A DNA stretch of 64,000 bases from Paraspadella gotoi. Its lineage: Eukaryota; Animalia; Chaetognatha. Below the pieces are notes generated by a model. The model saw only the letters and a program-made list of their open reading frames with translations, had not been told where the DNA came from and ran no database searches. This document shows, in pieces, positions 57,542 to 64,000 of this stretch; positions within the stretch are counted from its first letter, which is position 1, and every line of letters starts with the position of its first letter. The stretch covers positions 8,678,764 to 8,742,763 of the forward strand of contig CM119264.1 of assembly GCA_051294375.1 (NCBI GenBank), given 5' to 3'. Position numbers and translations under genes: made by a program.

Positions 57542-58669
57542 CTCTCTCTCTCTCTCCCTTTCTCTCTCCTCGTCTCACATCGTTTCGTTCCTGGTCATTA
57601 ACATTGTCAAAAACGTACTCTGTGCCAAAAACAGTTCCAAGTAATTTCGACTAAGCACGGGCGCCCACTTAAGTTTCTTCACTGGCTCGTTTCTTACCCT
57701 GTCGCCCCAATCGAATGTAACACATTCTATTAACATCACAACTCTAAGAAATACTTTTCGAATTAGTTTTTAAGATATTATTTTTGAAATAAAATTAATT
57801 TCCTTATATTATCCCTCCTATTATCTTTCTCTTTCACGCCCAAGCACTTCCTCTAAACTCCTTTCCTTTTTCAAATCTTCCCTAGTCTCTCTTTAAATCT
57901 TCCTCCTTTCCTTTTCAATCTCATCCCGCGAATTTCTTTTCTNNNNNNNNNNNNNNNNNNNNNNNNNCTCCAATTTTCTCAAAATAGTCATCGATCTTTC
58001 GTTGAGTCACACATTTACCATCGATTCGAAACGCAATCCAAATTCCATGAGCCGAAGTAGATTTTATCGGTATTAAGAAAGATTCTCTACTGTAAGAATA
58101 TATATTTATACCTTTCGAGTTTGTTATCGGACCAGCAAATCGCAAGAAAATATTTGTCTCGGTGCGAACGGCATTTTAGTCGATGGTTTCTCCTCACCGT
58201 CGGTTTTATGTTGTACTCACACAAATATGACAGTTTCTGATTTCGTCCGTAATTTGTCGTCGCATTTCAGGCGTAAAGTACATTGTCGATATAATTTTAA
58301 AAACGGTATTGTAGTTACAATGTCCATATCGTGGTGTACTTTCTCGGCCATTTCGATCAATTGTTTAGTATCGACTAATATTAATTTATCGACCTTCCAT
58401 TTTCCTTTACCAAATAACCTAAAAATAATTTGCTGATTATTTATTTTGAGCGAGATGTTCGTAATATCGTTAAGTCATGTGACTCTAATTGTAAAGCGTC
58501 GCTTTCGCTGGCCGAGTATCGTTATTTATGATCCAAGATTTCCACCTTTGTATTTCGGTCGAGTCGTTTTGTAATTTTTAGAATTCTTTTCGCTTCCTAA
58601 ATTGTGAAAGCGTTGGCAATCTACATTTTGAACTCGACTTCTTTCAATTTCGAGTTTCGGTTTGTTTGC

Positions 58670-58763
58670 TAATAAATCATCGGTCGAAGTGACGTTTATC
58701 GTACACTTTTCTTTTGTTAATAAATCATCGGTCGAAGTGACGTTATCGTACACTTTTCTTTTG
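58670..58763. repeat. ~48-bp tandem duplication
   Basis: taataaatcatcggtcgaagtgacgtt(t)atcgtacacttttcttttgt occurs twice. Confidence 0.85.
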
Positions 58764-58843
58764 TATCGTTTAATTGATATATGTATTTACAGCAGCAGGA
58801 GCAATGCTCCGATGCTTCAACCATTTTAGTCCTTTACATTTAC

Positions 58844-58980
58844 ACCTCTCGCAGACCTTTACCTTGAAAACCTCTCGCAACAACCTTTAACCTTTGGAAA
58901 CCTCTCGCAAACCTTTACCTTTGGAAACCTCTCGCAACAACCTTTAACCTTTGGAAACCTCTCACAAACCTTTACCTTTG
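58844..58980. repeat. 26-30-bp minisatellite, ~5 copies
   Basis: Unit aaacctctcgca(ac)aacctttaacctttgg. Confidence 0.9.
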
Positions 58981-61900
58981 TACACTGCCATCCTGCAGGC
59001 GGATTCGTTTGCTTCTGAGTTTCAACCCCTGAGGTGCAGCGGATTCCACCTTCAGATCCAGGGCCCAAAAGATTCTAAAGGGAAGATTTCTGACTCATCT
59101 GAATTTATTTTAGATATTTTTAGATATTTTACCAAGGGCCCTCTTTTCCCCTTTCAAAAATAAATTCATTTCATTTCGTTTTCTCCTCTCAGAGAAAAGG
59201 TTTTTGGTAGGGATTACCTCACCCTATGAAATTCTTAATAACAATATCGCAAAAATATTTTTAGCGCTCTGACATTTTTGAATTTTTGTCGCTCGGTTCC
59301 ATAAACTTCTTGATAATTGATCGCGGCATGTAAAGTCGACGGTATGAAACGAACAATAATGTTATAGCTATACTCAGACAACTCTAAAGTCGACAAAAAA
59401 CATGAGTTTTACAGAAATTTATAATTTCGGTTTTCGGTCGGTCTGTCCAGCTACTATAATTTAGCTTCTCTTGGAGAACGGAAATAAGGTTACCTTTAAA
59501 CCTTTTATTATTAATGTACATTTTTCATAATCATACTGTCATTGAATGCCTTCACATCACTACCAAATAAATTCGGACATTCATTTATCATCACATGCGC
59601 ATTTTGTTATTTTTAAAGTCAGAGCGACTGACTGACTACAACATCTGTCGAGTTTCGCGCAAAAGATTTTAACTTTATTAGAATATTCTATTATTGTGTT
59701 AACAACAAAATCGATATTAAAATCGTCACTAAATGTCATCCATTCAATCACAGCATCACCATTCGCTCTAATAATAAATAAAAATTTAAAAAAGAAAGTG
59801 GTGCTATCGAACCCGGGCGCGGAGCTCTCGATGAGGCAGAGTATATACGACAGGAGAAGCAAATCCTGGCGGCGGCAGTGGCGGCTGCATGGCAGAAGCA
59901 TTCGATAAGCCCAAAGACGTCGAAACTCCTTCCCGGAAATGGTTCCGTTCGGCGTCGGCCACGCCCTCACGACGCCCAATTTCTGATGATCGTGTAGTTG
60001 TTGCATTCCGGGATTCGAATCAGAGCAAAATCATGGCATCCAGGTGACGCTTCGGCGGTGTTTTGTCCCGGCGACAGAGGCGGCTGCGGCTGCAGTTATG
60101 GTTGCTGCGGCAGAGGAGGCAACATCCGTCGTGTCAGAGAAGGCTACCAAACGGCATCCGTTCCCCATCGTTGAAACCCGGCTGCGGAGGCGGAACGATG
60201 CTTAAATCCTTACGGATTCGCCGCACACAGAGGCGTATCTGGTCGCATCTGATGCGCGACACTTCCAATCGTGGGTCGACGTTGTTTAGTTAAATGAAAT
60301 TGTATTTCAGACGCCGAATTTTTTGCATCAAACTTCCCGCCAACGGAGTCCCAATGGACTGCGCGCGGTCACGATCAAAAACATCGCGAGAAGACATTTT
60401 TGTTCGTTTGTTTTAAATTTTGTAGTGATTTATAATTCGGTCATAGAGAGCAATAGCAATCCTTCGATCCGGCCTTGATTTTCCTTGTGATCCTGGTGAA
60501 AATAGTATAAATTCGTTTATGCAGATAATTTTTCATTTCTTTCGGTACACGTTCCCCCTCCGCCCAAAGGAAGGAAAAATTCTGTTCCAAACGTTTATAT
60601 TAATTCGACCCAATTCCCCAATCTTTTATAACATACAGTGCCATCAATCATTGTTACCCAAATACATTGTTCGTTTCAACCGTGCAAGATAAACAAAAAT
60701 AAATTTCATGCCGAAAAACAATTTAAATAGGAACCCGAGAAAAATAAATAATTAACCAAAAACGTCGAAATACGTTTAACATAGATCACCATCGTTTACA
60801 CTAAAATTAATAATTTTATGTCCAGTGCAAAATCCGAAAACTTAAATAGTGATCCATTAAAAAAATTCGTTGAATCGTCGAAAGTCGAGAAAACATTCTT
60901 TTACAAGTCGGAGAGATAATCTGTGCGTGAGGAATTAAAGGAAAGAAAACTCGAAAATCGTTTGTTCCGGATGACTGGACGTCGATCGAGACGTGAAAAT
61001 AAAAAATATTCGGTCTTACCCAGTTGACTCGTATCAACTGACGTAAAAAGAAAAGTCGTGATCTATTTATTTTGCTTTAAGTTAATGTTTGGTTTTCGAG
61101 TAAGAAATATCCAAAAATTCATCGTTATCTACAATAAATCATGTTCGTATGTCAGAGAGGCTAAAATAAAAAAAATACACTAAACGTTTTAAGAAAAAAA
61201 TTCTTCACTTTAACAACGCATTTCGTTTCATCGGGAAAAGAAAAAAAATCTTATATTACCCCTTATCAACTCGGACAAAAACAATCATTTGCGCGTACAG
61301 ATAACTTCGAGGCTGTCCGTTAAGCGAACAACGCTGGCCACCATGTCGGTAACGTGGTTGTGCCCTCAAAAGATGACGGATAGAGACTGAACTATGCATA
61401 GTCTGTCTAATTAGTTTTTGAAGTTACCTGAAATAATCTGGTAGATTGCCAGTTGTATAGAAAATTATTAACATGATAAAATATTGAGTCTTAATTCGCT
61501 TGAGATCTAGAAAATGGAATCACTAAAATTCTCTGCCTCCTCTCGTTCTCTCTTCCTTTGCTTTATTCTAATTACACAAATGTTTTACAAAATAGCGCCG
61601 AGCCTGGAGAATCTACGAGAATATTAAACTTTGAACTAGATAATATTTTAGAGAGACAAAATTTGAAAGCAAAGTTAATTACTAAATTGGAGGGCTAATT
61701 AAAATATTACTAAACTAACATTTGTCGTGAAAATGTGAAAAACATTAAGTCTGTGCTAATTATTTTGTCCGTTGCTCCTCAATCAGCTTTGAGATCACCA
61801 TATCGCTGATCCAAATCAGAACATTTATTAATAATAAACAAGATCTCTACTATTAGTGTTCATTTAATATACTTTCAGATAACTTTCTTATCTAAAGTAA

Positions 61901-62308
61901 GTGTAATTTACTACTTTTTTCGTATTATTTTGTGACAGCAGGACGAATCATCCCCTCTTTCCTACAATTGACCAAATATAAGTTTGTCCTTAATTTACTA
62001 TTTAAATGGTAATACTGTCTGATCTTGCGCTTGATGAACCTAAAATTTCTCGGCCACGAATTCGAAGATAAGCGAGTTTAAACTTGTATCAAGTAAAAGG
62101 CACGAAATCAACGAATTAAAAAGCAATTTAACAAGTTTGAGCAAACAATGTCGGATCTGCCCACGATAATTAGCGGAAATTAATTAATTTATTCAAGTTA
62201 ATTATTTAATCCCAAATGTTTGTTTTTAAGTCTTTTCGTCACTGACTAAGATAAAAGCAATGAAGATGATGGCGAAGACGACAATAATGCCGATAATGAT
62301 TGACTTAC

Positions 62309-62464
62309 TTGATTGATTGTGTAATGGCGTTCGCGGTGTGCAACGCGGGCATCGCCGTAGGGGCAGGACGACTCAACGTCCGACGGCTGAGATTTTGACA
62401 TCCGAGTCCCAAGTTTCCCGATTAATACGAAGAAGAAAGCGAATATCTGGCTTATTTTTAACAT
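62309..62464 (-). CDS. First coding exon of a putative secreted/membrane protein
   Basis: Upstream acceptor ttttcttcag|tttcaaATG; MLKISQIFAFFFVLIGKLGTRMSKSQPSDVESSCPYGDARVAHRERHYTINQ; perfect donor CAA|gtaagt (156 nt, phase 0). Confidence 0.55.
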
Positions 62465-62840
62465 TTGAAACTGAAGAAAAGTCAGAGGCAGTTGCCTCGT
62501 TGAGCCTCGACGTCGTTTATTAAACTGTTTTTAAGTGAATTTTAACGTGTTGTTTATTGTGACAAACAATTGAAACTGTTTTTATTCCTCGTCTACATCT
62601 GTCTCGAAAGAATTAAACATTTAAAACATCGTTGAATTCTCGATTGTCGTCTACGAGAAAGTCAGCCAAAATAGACAATTTTGATATTAAACCCAGGCAT
62701 CTTAAACAGATTGATTAAATAATTAATAGATAAATTGATTGATTGAATAATCAATTTATTAATTAATTGACTGATTAATTAGTTATTGATTATTTAATTG
62801 ATTAACTAATGAATTATTTGATTAAATAATACAACTTGAA

Positions 62841-62940
62841 TTTACATTTAATATAAAAAGAAAAAGAAGCATAATCAGGTTTTTTTTCATTTTTACATTT
62901 AATATAAAAAGAAAAAGAAGCATAATCTGGTTTTTTTTCC
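62841..62940. repeat. ~50-bp tandem duplication
   Basis: tttacatttaatataaaaagaaaaagaagcataatc.ggttttttttc occurs twice. Confidence 0.85.
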
Positions 62941-63608
62941 ATATAAACTCATTTCCACTCAGACGATTCCATTGAGACTTTATTTCCTGCTCAATCACAC
63001 ACTTTCCTACCCACATACAAAATCGCCCCATGCACTCATGAGTAGTTGGCATTCAAATAGTGAAATATATTTTTTTGTTTTTTTCTATTTTAACTCATTT
63101 CCACTCGGACGATTCCATCGAAACTTGATTTCCAGCTCAATCACACAATTTCCTAACCAGGTCCCAGACACAAAATTTAATTCCATTCCATCCATCAAAT
63201 CACGAGTAATTGGTGTGTTTTACTAAGGGGGGACGGACTGACAGATACAGACAGACGGACGGACAGACATCATTTCTTTGCATAATTAATCATAATTCGA
63301 TTTTCTGACATATAAGTGAATGCCCGACGAGATTGTAGGGACGGACCGACGGACTGACAAAGTGAATTATGTTTTTTTAATTGTTTTTTGAAAATTCATA
63401 CAGATTTACAATCCTTCAAGCAGTCTGAACCTCCAAGTATCTACAAAAATGTGGACACACCCTAATGAAAAGTCAAAGTGTAAGTAAAGAGAGAGATGTT
63501 TCAATAAAAACTATACCACATCCGATGTCCATTTGTATTTTAATCCAAGTAGTTGTACGTGCTGAATTGAAACGAACCAATATAGAAATTATCGCATGTC
63601 AGTACCCG

Positions 63609-63763
63609 CTGACTTTGGACATCACCTAACAAGATAATGACATAGGCAGCTATCTGCAAGCTTTCAATAAGACTTCTCAACAGTTCTCGTTTTTTATTCA
63701 CGCCAGAGTACCCTGGCTTCGCCTATCAATGAAGTGTATAAAATCTTTCAAAGGAATGTTTTG
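63609..63763 (+). mobile_element. Short interspersed repeat family, copy 4
   Basis: ctgactttggac...gctttcaataagactt...tttattcac.ccagagtaccctggcttc...tttcaaaggaatgttt matches 4723-4945. Confidence 0.65.
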
Positions 63764-64000
63764 TTTTTTTAGCTTAAGGCCAAACACAACATCGTTCACA
63801 CTTATTCTTCGCAATCGCCTTCACAGCCGCAGCCCCTGCACTTCACAACTTCACACCCGCCCCTCTCTCACCGACGCCCATTATTTTCTCATTGGATCTC
63901 CAGGTTCATTGATCTATCGATATCGCCGCCGACGGCTCCGTCGGCTCCACCTCCGGCGCTGAGAACAATCTCCGGCGTGCGACGCCGGCAACTGCCTCGT

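Larger units (their letters stand above)
57968..59790 (-). mobile_element. Degenerate LTR-retrotransposon pol fragment (RNase H then integrase; Ty3/Gypsy-type order)
   Basis: RNase H-like remnants (LFGS..KAFN, IIKGLK, TDRKP, LELSEYSYNI..IP...DQLSR) at ~59290-59600. Integrase zinc finger VHHDM(G)HCNYNTVFKIISTMYFTPEMRRQITDEIRNCHIC at ~58220-58340 and core PFAPRQIFSCD.AGPITNSKG..FLIPIKSTSA at ~58050-58175. Confidence 0.82.

Noticed and set aside
59240-59740. TBP-like or viral ORF reading (VTLFPFSK..IIVAG)
   Set aside because: Better explained as RNase H remnants (TDRKP, LELSEY, DQLSR) directly upstream of the integrase.
63773-64000. Open plus-strand frame after tttttag running off the window end
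   Set aside because: No recognisable homology, ambiguous strand, and truncated by the window edge.

Overview
This is eukaryotic (animal, probably invertebrate/arthropod-like) nuclear DNA from a draft assembly. It is AT-rich, dense in (GA)n/(CTTT)n/(GAAT)n microsatellites and has many N gaps, so most ORF-track entries are repeat artefacts. The one firmly identified gene is the four 3' exons of an ARHGAP39/Vilse-type RhoGAP on the minus strand (12098-9814), with GT-AG junctions in consistent phase and an intact GIFR arginine finger. Three degenerate retroelements are recognisable: a Penelope-like RT fragment (~6950-7700), a near-full-length Jockey/I-like LINE (~43600-48400, minus), and a Ty3/Gypsy-type RNase H-integrase region (~57968-59790, minus) with inserted sequence. 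Several unidentified exons are supported only by splice signals: two signal-peptide exons, an acidic exon and a PPPY-containing terminal exon. The most striking large-scale structures are a ~4.8-kb inverted duplication, a ~2.3-kb direct duplication and several fold-backs. In most of these one arm is visibly indel-riddled, and five of the six exactly-25-N gaps abut one, so they are best explained as long-read gap-filling artefacts. I did not find a convincing new biological system. The best leads are a possibly truncated RhoGAP-only ARHGAP39, a small cationic secreted peptide next to a Penelope insertion, and a GC-rich ORF-like island beside the Gypsy pol.
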